This document shows positions 8,001 to 14,057 of a DNA stretch of 14,057 nt, piece after piece (position 1 is the first letter of the stretch; each line of letters begins with the position of its first letter). Source of the stretch: Pseudomonadota bacterium (GTDB taxonomy: Bacteria; Bdellovibrionota_B; Oligoflexia; Oligoflexales; CAIMVM01); the NCBI GenBank assembly GCA_037142195.1, contig JBAXBA010000088.1, positions 1 to 14,057 on the forward strand, written 5' to 3'. The position numbers were made by a program, and so were the translations under genes. The notes below the pieces were generated by a model. That model was given only the letters and a program-made list of their open reading frames with translations. It ran no database searches and was not told where the DNA came from.

Positions 8001-10818
8001 TCTATTACTCAAAATCACATCCCAAGAAAACATGGAAATTGCTCGCCAGCTAATCCAGGCTCATAGCTACTGGAGGACGATGAGGTTGGAGGTGGAATTC
8101 GTTATATGGCTAGAAGATCTCTCCTCCTATCGGCAGGTCCTTTATGATTCCCTTATGAATTTGATTACTTCGGGGGGCTCTAGTCAGCTCATCGATGTTC
8201 CAGGCGGGATCTTTATTCTTCGGGCTGAACAAATGTCCGGAGAAGATCGAGTGTTGATACAGACTGTAGCTCGAGCTGTGATTTTAGGAAACGGTGGCTC
8301 GCTCCAAGACCAAATTGAGAGGCGCATGCGCAGCCCGTTGCAAGTTTCTTACCTAGCAACGACAAGAGCTAAGTCTAGTGAACGAAACAAGGTGGACCCA
8401 GATTTGGATCTCATCCAGAAAGGAATGCTCTATCCTAACGCATTCGGTGGTTTTGCCTCAGATGGCCGAAGTTATCAAATCAGAACCCGTTCTAACCATG
8501 TTACCCCTGCTCCATGGGCAAATGTGTTGGCCAACCCCTATTTTGGATCCGTGGTTTCCGAAAGCGGTTCCTCCTATACTTGGTGTGAAAACGCACATGA
8601 GTTTCGACTTACCCCATGGAGCAACGATGCTTTAAGCGATAGTTCTGGCGAAGCCTTTTACTTGAGAGACGAAGACTCAGGGGAGTTTTGGTCACCAACC
8701 CCTTTGCCTGCTAGAACAGGGGCGCCCTACACCACTCACCATGGCTTCGGCTATTCTAAATTTCTTCATGAGAGCGCTCAAATTTCCTCAGAACTTGTCG
8801 TTTTCGTGGCGATAGATGCTCCCGTTAAAATGACCGTCATCAAGTTGAAAAACAACTCCACAAGATCTAGAAGCATTTCCATTACGGGATACTGTGAGTG
8901 GGTCTTGGGGGAATCACGTCCTAAATCTCTCATGCATGTTTCAACTGAGTTGGATCCGGAAACAGATGCGATTTTTGCAAGGAATCCCTATCATCCAGAA
9001 TTTGGAGCGCGCATCGCTTTCTTTGCCTCCAGTGAAAAGGTAAAAACAGTAACTGGAGATCGAACGGAATTTCTAGGACGAAATGGCCATCTCGGAACTC
9101 CTGATGCTATGTATCGAACCAGTTTGTCTGGGCGCCTAGGTCCTGCCCTAGATCCTTGCGCCGCGCTACATTCGGTAATTAAATTGGAAGCTGGTAGCGA
9201 ACTAACAGTGTCTTTTCTCCTTGGTGTAGGACGGGACGAAAGGGACGCAAAGACCCTCATCAAGCGCTTTGGCTCGACCAGTTCTGCCAGGCTTGCCCTA
9301 GAAGAAGTCGAAGATTTTTGGCGGCAAACACTGAGTGCCGTTCAAATTAAGACACCAGACCCGGCGGTAGATGTCTTGGCTAATGGGTGGCTCGTGTATC
9401 AGACTCTCGCTTGCAGAATTTGGGCTCGAAGTGGAAGCTATCAGTCCGGAGGTGCCTTCGGATTTCGAGATCAGTTGCAAGACGCCATGGCGCTGCTGCA
9501 TACCGCACCTAATCTCTTGCGCAGGCATTTATTGAAATGCGCATCTCGACAATTTCGCGAAGGGGATGTCCAGCATTGGTGGCACCCTCCCTCAGGGAGA
9601 GGCGTAAGGACTCGCATTTCTGACGACTACTTATGGTTACCTTTAGCCACTAGCAGATATGTATTAGGTATAGGTGATACCGGTGTTCTTGACGTTCGTA
9701 TCGAATTCCTCGAGGGTCGAGAGGTGAAGCCTGATGAGGAAGCCTATATGGACCTTCCGAGCAGCACCGAGGAAACGGCCACGCTTTACGATCACTGCGT
9801 GCGCGCCATTCGTCATGGACTTACTTTGGGTGAGAACGGCCTTCCTTTAATGGGATATGGAGATTGGAACGATGGCATGAATCTGGTTGGCAAGGACGGC
9901 AAAGGAGAGAGTGTATGGCTTGCATTCTTTCTATTCGATGTCCTATCGGAGTTCTCAAAGGTAGCAGAACTGCACGGTGATATGGACTTTGCAGGCACTT
10001 GCAGAGAACATGCAAACAAACTTTCCAAAAATATCGATCGAAACGCTTGGGACGGAAAGTGGTATCGCCGCGCCTATTTTGACAATGGCCAGCCCTTGGG
10101 CTCAGCTACCAATGCGGAGTGTCAAATAGATTCTCTTCCCCAGAGTTGGTCCGTTCTTTCTAAAGCTTCGAGCAGAGAGCGTTCTGAAGTAGCCATGGCA
10201 TCTGTCAGTGAAAGACTCGTCGACCGAAAAGGTGGAATCATCAAGCTCTTTGATCCGCCCTTTGACACATCAGAACTGGAGCCAGGATATATAAAAGGAT
10301 ACGTACCTGGAGTCCGTGAAAATGGAGGTCAGTACACTCATGCAGCCATTTGGTCGGCAATGGCCTTTGCTGCCTTGGGGAAAAACCAACAGGCCTGGGA
10401 ACTCCTTCACATGATCAATCCGGTAAATCATGCCCTAACTGAATCAGACTTGGAAATCTACAAAGTAGAACCTTACGTGATGGCTGCAGATGTTTATGCC
10501 GTAGAACCCCACGTCGGCAGAGGGGGGTGGACATGGTACACAGGCTCTGCAGGGTGGATGTATAGACTTATTCTCGAGTCGCTTCTGGGCATCACACTAA
10601 AAGTAGATAGACTCTTCTTTCAACCTTGTGTTCCAGATGACTGGAATAGCTATCAAGTAAAGTACCGCTATCGAAGCTCTTATTACCACATTGAATTTAG
10701 ACGAAATAAGGCCCCTGAAAGCAAAGGCCTCATTATCGCTGATCAAGTTCCCCAAAAAGACACTAGCCTTTTGTTAGTCGATGACAGCCTGGAGCACCAT
10801 ATTGAAGTTCTCTTTTGA
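2071..10818 (+). CDS. cgs: Cyclic beta-1,2-glucan synthase (Cgs/NdvB/ChvB family; GT84 + TM + GH189 cyclase + GH94 phosphorylase)
   Basis: Uninterrupted 2915-aa ORF. N-terminal motifs GEWLLDNF and LGELWAIPIMLRLALIENLRR. GT84 motifs WMGYERKRGKL, ITLDSDT (DxD at 3988-3996), GTDPY, SHDLLEG and RRRRWIRGDWQ. Hydrophobic TM segments flank the GT domain. Cyclase-region motifs LPPDNFQE, RTSPTNIG, YDLLASEARL, SWSGSMFEYLMP and WGISES. GH94 motifs GAFGFRDQLQD, QHWWHPP, GDWNDGMN, ENGGQYTHAA and GGWTWYTGSAGW. Start is either TTG 2071 (AGAGG at 2059-2063) or ATG 2116. Confidence 0.96.
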   Translation: MIRNFLNRVKLKNVAMDFDDFSEDLPLSSELFNLEQLKRHSKSLATRHELVSGPGDDQLIARLGENEYVLAKAYESLCSAVHDKQTISPAGEWLLDNFHLIEEQIRTARRHLPRHYCRMLPHLAGQNGQTGIPRVYDIALEIIKHVDGRVDNENMKLFVDSYQEQSPLKLGELWAIPIMLRLALIENLRRVAVRVVSALRDRQQAKVWSQLLVKASDQDPKSLILVVANLARSNPHLSNAFVAEFVRGLHGHSRTLDIPLTWLTFQLEGSGRTIAQTIQLESHQQATNQVSVSASIGSLRHLDSTNWQNFVESASAVESVLRMDPAKVYASMAFSSRDQYRHSVERLSKKYKMQEWDVAQKAVSLSENYNARSSSEKKRHHIGYFLIGSGLPDLEAALKGKKSSLRVRMEVPFLIFISSIFSITAVIVSLTLYYTIGLDVAWEILLPILVLIFIVGSQIGVKVTNGLVTTLRSPKRLPRMDYSKGIPQEFKTLVAVPSMLITLKNIEALISSLEVRYLANRDANLYFCLLTDFIDASSPSMGGDFELLQSAKNGIYSLNDKYRRSSGRNEDIFYLFHRPRVWNSKEKLWMGYERKRGKLEALNSALRGFPNFHNSSEPLFCSIVGDIRYLQAIKYVITLDSDTQLPSGTAHTLIGIMSHPLNAAVLSHSKDRVMEGYGILQPRVAVCLPGAYRSWFVRLYGGDAGTDPYTRAVSDVYQDLFEEGSFIGKGIYDVDVFRAVLERKLPENLILSHDLLEGAYCRCGLVSDVILYEEHPSHFGEDVKRRRRWIRGDWQIAFWLLPWVPGFDGKWRKNSLSALSRWKIFDNLRRSLVPVATLILLVSGWYLWPGQGYVTRIAIAAILLPSALILVKSIFNKHSEISYSRHFQLNLTRSIQKLTTSLLGLTFLPFDLVTNTQAIGRFFVRKFVTHTRLLEWQSSSDPRHQENSDIIHFFKFMGSAPSIAILVGAVLSQKEGAIASALPFLLIWFLSPIIAFILSRIHQQVDSSLKSDQLQYLHQMARKNWRFFETFVGPEDHWLPPDNFQELPNPVLAHRTSPTNIGLSLLANLAAYDFSYISVTMLLERTSHTFQTLHKLERFRGHFYNWYDTRSLAPLPPFYVSTVDSGNFIGLILTLRPGLMALPKDMIVLPRLLLSLGDAFECFLKSFFPMGVFHSKVASIKNLLLNRDPSSLKTIQDIAKSLRVSIAEMKMVRFDIPEGRKEEFDLSIKEIEDQITNCLLLPLSTFTPWCHLPNPPISLPAGLLAKLDQIPTLESVETLVTSMLSLVDGIDTVEMGREEMVWLILLKSELRNGMTRARTALSLVEKLCREIDYLACVEYDFLYDKSRNLLAIGYNVTERRRDDGFYDLLASEARLCSFVGIAQGLLPQEHWFALGRSLTEWKNIPTLLSWSGSMFEYLMPLVVMPTFSHTILDQTFHSVVGRQMEYGSQRRVPWGISESGYNATDIHLNYQYKAFGVPGLGLKRGLAEDLVIAPYASMMALMVNPTAACINLQRMTDLGYEGKYGFYEAVDFTTSRSSSKKGVILNSFMAHHQGMGFLALAYVLLDRKMQSRFQSVPEFQAVELLLHERVPEASVVFPHAPEASLVTRWREDHKTELRVIPSPNTPKPEIHLLSNGRYTVMLTNSGGGFSRWKNLAITRWREDPTSDHWGTFCYIRDLENEEVWSASYHPIAKSSDQYEAIFPQAKAEFRRSDEELEMHTEITVSPEDDIELRRFSITNRASRRRVVELTSYAEIVLGPAAADDAHPAFSNLFVQTEILASKKAILCKRRPRSSEDTTPVVFHLMCAHGAVVGDFSFETDRSKFIGRGRSTRNPLAMEPGPWNDDTLSASQMLSGSDGSVLDPIVAIRSQFVIEAEQTFRVHCVTGVGESRENVLHLIEKYHDRHVADRVFELAWTHTQVTCRQAALTETNSQLYERLAGIILYSWGAVRADSSTLLRNKLVQSGLWGYGISGNLPILLLKITSQENMEIARQLIQAHSYWRTMRLEVEFVIWLEDLSSYRQVLYDSLMNLITSGGSSQLIDVPGGIFILRAEQMSGEDRVLIQTVARAVILGNGGSLQDQIERRMRSPLQVSYLATTRAKSSERNKVDPDLDLIQKGMLYPNAFGGFASDGRSYQIRTRSNHVTPAPWANVLANPYFGSVVSESGSSYTWCENAHEFRLTPWSNDALSDSSGEAFYLRDEDSGEFWSPTPLPARTGAPYTTHHGFGYSKFLHESAQISSELVVFVAIDAPVKMTVIKLKNNSTRSRSISITGYCEWVLGESRPKSLMHVSTELDPETDAIFARNPYHPEFGARIAFFASSEKVKTVTGDRTEFLGRNGHLGTPDAMYRTSLSGRLGPALDPCAALHSVIKLEAGSELTVSFLLGVGRDERDAKTLIKRFGSTSSARLALEEVEDFWRQTLSAVQIKTPDPAVDVLANGWLVYQTLACRIWARSGSYQSGGAFGFRDQLQDAMALLHTAPNLLRRHLLKCASRQFREGDVQHWWHPPSGRGVRTRISDDYLWLPLATSRYVLGIGDTGVLDVRIEFLEGREVKPDEEAYMDLPSSTEETATLYDHCVRAIRHGLTLGENGLPLMGYGDWNDGMNLVGKDGKGESVWLAFFLFDVLSEFSKVAELHGDMDFAGTCREHANKLSKNIDRNAWDGKWYRRAYFDNGQPLGSATNAECQIDSLPQSWSVLSKASSRERSEVAMASVSERLVDRKGGIIKLFDPPFDTSELEPGYIKGYVPGVRENGGQYTHAAIWSAMAFAALGKNQQAWELLHMINPVNHALTESDLEIYKVEPYVMAADVYAVEPHVGRGGWTWYTGSAGWMYRLILESLLGITLKVDRLFFQPCVPDDWNSYQVKYRYRSSYYHIEFRRNKAPESKGLIIADQVPQKDTSLLLVDDSLEHHIEVLF

Positions 10819-11182
10819 AACTAGGAAAACGCAATGCTTTGACAACCAAATATCTCATTAATAGACCATGTGATGCGCTAATTTATGGTGTTATTTTATG
10901 TTCCTAATGTGCAATCCAATGGCGGTTAGAAATTAACTAGGATCGGATCAGGGCTTTGCTGCTATGAGGAAATTCCATTGGCCAAAGTCATTGGAGTTTT
11001 TGCATTAATTGCAATTCTTGTCAATTCAACTCCTTGACCCACAATATACTGAATAATTTGGGGAATCCCGAAGATTTACTTAGCTTGCTCTGCCCGCTAG
11101 GAAGTAGCGCAGCATTGCTGACAAGCTCAATTACCAAAAGGATGCACCAACTCATTGTTATGCAAATTAGAACTACTCTTGA

Positions 11183-12028
11183 CTATATATCCCAGCTTTT
11201 AAGCGTGCTGACAATCTTTTCAAAACTTAAGTCAAATTGCGGTGCATCTTTAGTTGTAGATACTGCTGTTGCCCAGCCTCGCTTCAAGAGACTAGTTTCT
11301 GTTAATGCTAGAATCCTCCATATGGCCGCAGGAAGTGGGTCCCCTCGGAAAGTAAATGTGGCATTCATCGCTTCGCGCAAATGGGTCGGATTTGCTTGAG
11401 GTAAAAATAGTTGGACATCGTATACATCCTTGGCTCGCGAATTCCTATCTCCAAGTTTTACCATCGCGTGCAGTTTCTCAGCCAAAATCGTCTCTACGGG
11501 ATAGACCTGCCAAGTCAGACTACCTTCTCCTATTGTACAATTTGTAGAAATCAGTCGTGCCGCAGGCGTTACCGGGTCGCCTATTCCTAAATCGATATGA
11601 ATCCTCTGAGCTTTAGATATTTTTGCTGGTGGTTCACCTAATCCGGCGCGAAAGGAAAGCCCGATACCCCCATAAACTCCCTGAGTTTTGAGATCATCCA
11701 TTCCTTCATACTGGAACCAAGCCCCATCTCCCGAATCAAATTCCATGGCGTTCCTAATGCGGCTGACCGCTTCCTTAGGGTCCATTCGTCGGAGGACCGC
11801 ATCCAGGTCAGTAGTGTAACGAGGAGAATTGTAAACTCGAACCCCAACATATCCTCCTTTAAAAATGAGGTTTTCTTGAAGAGTGGCGTCAGCTAGTAAC
11901 CTTACAGTTGTCCTCTCGAGCAGAAATATAGTGAGCATTTGCTGTAGCGTAGATCCACGCTGCATCGCAATCCTGTTGAGTTTCAACTGGACGGACTGTA
12001 TCTGTGCTTTTGAAATCTTAGGGCTCAT
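11183..12028 (-). CDS. abiEii: AbiEii/AbiGii-family nucleotidyltransferase toxin (281 aa from ATG 12028)
   Basis: Motifs LIFKGG, RYTTDLD, IHIDLGIGDPVTP, YPVETILAEKLHAM and NSRAKDVYD are typical of AbiEii-family pol-beta-like NTases. Start moved from 12070 to 12028 because that ATG overlaps the antitoxin stop (ATGA at 12025-12028), with GGGAGG upstream at 12042-12047. Confidence 0.92.
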   Translation of the reverse strand: MSPKISKAQIQSVQLKLNRIAMQRGSTLQQMLTIFLLERTTVRLLADATLQENLIFKGGYVGVRVYNSPRYTTDLDAVLRRMDPKEAVSRIRNAMEFDSGDGAWFQYEGMDDLKTQGVYGGIGLSFRAGLGEPPAKISKAQRIHIDLGIGDPVTPAARLISTNCTIGEGSLTWQVYPVETILAEKLHAMVKLGDRNSRAKDVYDVQLFLPQANPTHLREAMNATFTFRGDPLPAAIWRILALTETSLLKRGWATAVSTTKDAPQFDLSFEKIVSTLKSWDI

Positions 12029-12630
12029 TTTGTTGTAATTGCCTCCCAGTTTTTGACCATGACCTGCCAAAGGCCCATTAGCTTAGCTGTTTCTTGTAGC
12101 CTTCTTTCGCTAGTTTTTCCTTCCTTAAGGGCTGTTCTCGCAGCAGTTAAAGCTGTTTGGTAGCCCATTTTGGTAGAATATCGAAAGGCTTCAATGATAG
12201 CTCGTTCGATGGAAACCATGCGGTAGAATCCATGATCATCGACTCCAATCTTTGGATCATGCTTGGTATGAATGACGCGATACTTTGGAAACTTGCTCTG
12301 ATTTTTGTGTGGTACCATGACCCACGTCTGTTGAGGAACCTGCGGAATTAACACATACTCAAATAATGCAGTTAGGCCACCAATCACAGAGTCTGCGCCA
12401 AGTCTTGTGCAGGCGACACAAAAATCAAGAGTACTGGGATCAATTACAGCATCCCGGTGGTGATAAAGACCATGTTCTATGCGAATTATTACGCCTTTCA
12501 TCGCCAGCCTTGAAACCGTAGGCTGAGAAATTCCTAACTTAACTGCGTCGGCAGTTCTAAAAAGACCTACGCCTTGCAGAACGTCTTCTGGTGACCTTTT
12601 TTCGATGGGTTTTGGTCTTTTTTGAATCAC
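12025..12630 (-). CDS. abiEi: AbiEi-family antitoxin / transcriptional regulator (201 aa from GTG 12630)
   Basis: N-terminal wHTH-like segment (LFRTADAVKLGISQPTVSRLAMKGVIIRIEHGLY), then VIGGLTALFEYVLIPQVP and SIERAIIEAFRY. It lies directly upstream of, and is translationally coupled to, the AbiEii gene. GTG 12630 has GGGGG 5 nt upstream, whereas the ORF-track ATG at 12690 falls inside the operator repeats. Confidence 0.9.
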   Translation of the reverse strand: MIQKRPKPIEKRSPEDVLQGVGLFRTADAVKLGISQPTVSRLAMKGVIIRIEHGLYHHRDAVIDPSTLDFCVACTRLGADSVIGGLTALFEYVLIPQVPQQTWVMVPHKNQSKFPKYRVIHTKHDPKIGVDDHGFYRMVSIERAIIEAFRYSTKMGYQTALTAARTALKEGKTSERRLQETAKLMGLWQVMVKNWEAITTK

Positions 12631-12644
12631 ATATACCCCCGCTA

Positions 12645-12743
12645 GAATGAATTGAGCCCACTCAAAATAGAATACAGCTTTTTCATTCATAAAAAATGAA
12701 TGAAATTTACTTAAATTTTATTAAATAAAGCTATTTCATTCAA
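12645..12743. promoter_or_regulatory. Putative AbiEi autorepression operator: two tandem inverted repeats
   Basis: GAATGAA 12645-12651 / TTCATTC 12682-12688 and GAATGAA 12698-12704 / TTCATTC 12735-12741. Both pairs have a 30-nt spacer and are offset by 53 nt. 12671-12689 and 12724-12742 match at 17 of 19 positions. Confidence 0.75.
12715..12743 (-). promoter_or_regulatory. sigma70-type promoter of the abiE operon
   Basis: Minus strand reads TTGAAT (12743-12738), 17 nt, TAAAAT (12720-12715), in a very AT-rich stretch about 85 nt upstream of the GTG start. Confidence 0.75.
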
Positions 12744-13231
12744 TATAAGATTTGTCGAAACGGGCCGCACCTGCATTTCTACCGTGAATACGTATACTTA
12801 GGCGCAAATCCAATTAAGGGGGCATCACAATATCCATACGCCAACAACCGGAGCTCACTCCGTGTTACCGCAACATTTAAAATCACTTAAACACTTTGGA
12901 GCACCAGATTGAAGTTCTCTATTGAGATTTGCAGAGTGAAAATTGTTGCTACGTTTAATGTCTCTTTCTTGTCTTCCACTACTTAGACCTGGAACGATTA
13001 TGGTGTAAAAAAACTCTTTTCTGGTCACGATCTAGGAATAGTTTGAAAAAGATATCGTCTATTCTTAGCCTCTAGTGAGTTGGAATGATGATGCTGAGTT
13101 ATTTTAGGATATTCGCGGTCAACGTTAACTACAACATTTCCCTCAAATTCTAAGAATTGATATTGTGATGTTTGTGCCTTAAGTAAACCTACCAAGGGCC
13201 CCCCACATCTATCTCCCAAAGGTATATTCTC

Positions 13232-13902
13232 ATGAAATTGACCACACTGTTTTTTTGATTTTACTTGGATTTCACTCACCCGTTCGCGCAAAACCAAAAA
13301 AGGACCTAGACTTCTGCCTAGACAACAAAGAGCGTCTTGAAGCGAGGTCCAAAGAGATTGCGGCCTTCGCTAAAGCAGATCAGGACGCCAGAGTCAATTG
13401 GGACCGAAAAACCCAAAAAGAAATGGCGAAGGTTGTAAGACAGGACACGATTCGGAGGCGACGAGTAGGGGATATCTTTGGTGAAGGATGCTTTCAAACG
13501 GCAAAAGACTTTGCAGCAGCTGCCATCGTTTTTCAACATGGAGTCGTTTCAGAACATTTCTTTCAAACTTTTATTTGGTCTCAGCGAGCCGTCGAGTTAT
13601 GAGACTCGAGCCAGAAGAGATTAATGGCACTAGGCCTCGACAGATTCCTTGTAAATACCGGCCATAAACAGCTCTTTGCGAGTCAAGCTGTGAAGCCAGA
13701 TTTCAAGCCTGAAACTTGCTGGTGCCTGCAACCCGTAGAAGAATCCTTTCCGGATGAGAGGCGCAAAGAAATTAGCGGCAGATCACGGGATGATGCCTAC
13801 GATTGGCTCAAAGAATTAAATGCTGGGAATTCCTTCCCAATTCAAGAATGCAAAACTGAGCTCAAACCGTCTCCCCAAGGCACAGTGCCAGGCTTTTGGT
13901 AA
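13232..13902 (+). pseudogene. Disrupted gene for a secreted hypothetical protein (resembles DUF6624-like proteins; about 223 aa if repaired)
   Basis: ATG 13232 reads MKLTTLFF then stops. One extra T in the T7 run (13250-13256) fuses it to ORF 13255..13602 and gives a signal peptide MKLTTLFFLILLGFHSPVRA. ORFs 13255..13602 and 13624..13902 are in the same frame, separated by a single TGA (13600-13602). Motifs DQDAR, AAIVFQHG, LDRFL..G.KQLFASQ and DERR span both parts. Confidence 0.8.
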
Positions 13903-14002
13903 AGTATTCTGTTAGACTCACGAATGGTGCATTTTGTTTCCGAGCGCCTTCCATCAAAATCTTTAGGCTTTCAGGTGCAATCAAAAGGCTTAGAATGGAT
14001 TT

Positions 14003-14057
14003 AAAGTACTAAAAGTACTAAAAGTACTAAAAGTACTAAAAGTACTAAAAGTACTAA
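14003..14057. repeat. 9-bp tandem repeat (AAAAGTACT)n, truncated by the window end
   Basis: Five perfect units at 14011-14055, preceded by AAAGTACT (14003-14010) and followed by a partial unit. Confidence 0.97.

Noticed and set aside
2666..10028. Short ORFs nested in or antisense to cgs (2666..2848, 3674..3877, 7476..7661, 7645..7842, 8378..8635, 8991..9263, 9298..9528, 9813..10028, 9821..10015)
   Set aside because: Shadow ORFs of a long conserved gene, with no recognisable motifs.
11034..12351. ORFs 11034..11399, 11356..11547, 11638..11850 and 12157..12351
   Set aside because: They overlap the well-supported abiE genes in other frames or on the other strand and lack independent support.
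12631..12690. ORF-track N-terminal extensions of AbiEi (ATG 12690) and AbiEii (ATG 12070)
   Set aside because: 12690 lies within the operator repeats and has no SD. Better starts exist at 12630 (SD) and 12028 (ATGA coupling).
13025..13539. Minus-strand ORFs 13025..13297 and 13318..13539
   Set aside because: Antisense to the pseudogene or its start region; no family features recognised.
2071..13902. Alternative genetic code (TGA = Gly or Trp) suggested by the internal TGA codons
   Set aside because: The 2915-codon cgs has no in-frame TGA and ends at TGA at the expected C-terminus; abiEi also ends at TGA in an ATGA overlap.
10900..13920. Integron cassette organisation (GTTAGA motifs near 10925 and 13910)
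   Set aside because: No paired RYYYAAC/GTTRRRY attC structure could be built and there is no integrase in the window.
14003..14057. Terminal repeat as a CRISPR array
   Set aside because: Contiguous 9-bp units with no spacers, and no cas genes in the window.

Overview
Bacterial window in the standard genetic code. It is dominated by one intact 8.7-kb gene (2071..10818, +) for a complete cyclic beta-1,2-glucan synthase (Cgs/NdvB/ChvB type: GT84 synthase, membrane segment, GH189 cyclase, GH94 phosphorylase). No cognate ABC exporter is in the window. Convergent to it is an AbiEi/AbiEii (type IV-like) toxin-antitoxin operon (-). Its true starts can be refined (GTG 12630; ATG 12028 with an ATGA overlap), and its promoter region shows a sigma70 promoter inside four GAATGAA operator-like half-sites. 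Next is a secreted-protein pseudogene (T-tract frameshift plus internal TGA), and a 9-bp tandem repeat runs off the right end. The 2 kb left of cgs has no long ORF but contains a candidate cgs promoter with a ~200-nt leader. On the - strand it has a sigma54-type promoter followed by small ORFs with near-perfect Shine-Dalgarno sites; this is the least explained part of the window. No rRNA, tRNA, CRISPR array or transposase was recognised. Family assignments come from motif recognition, not database searches.
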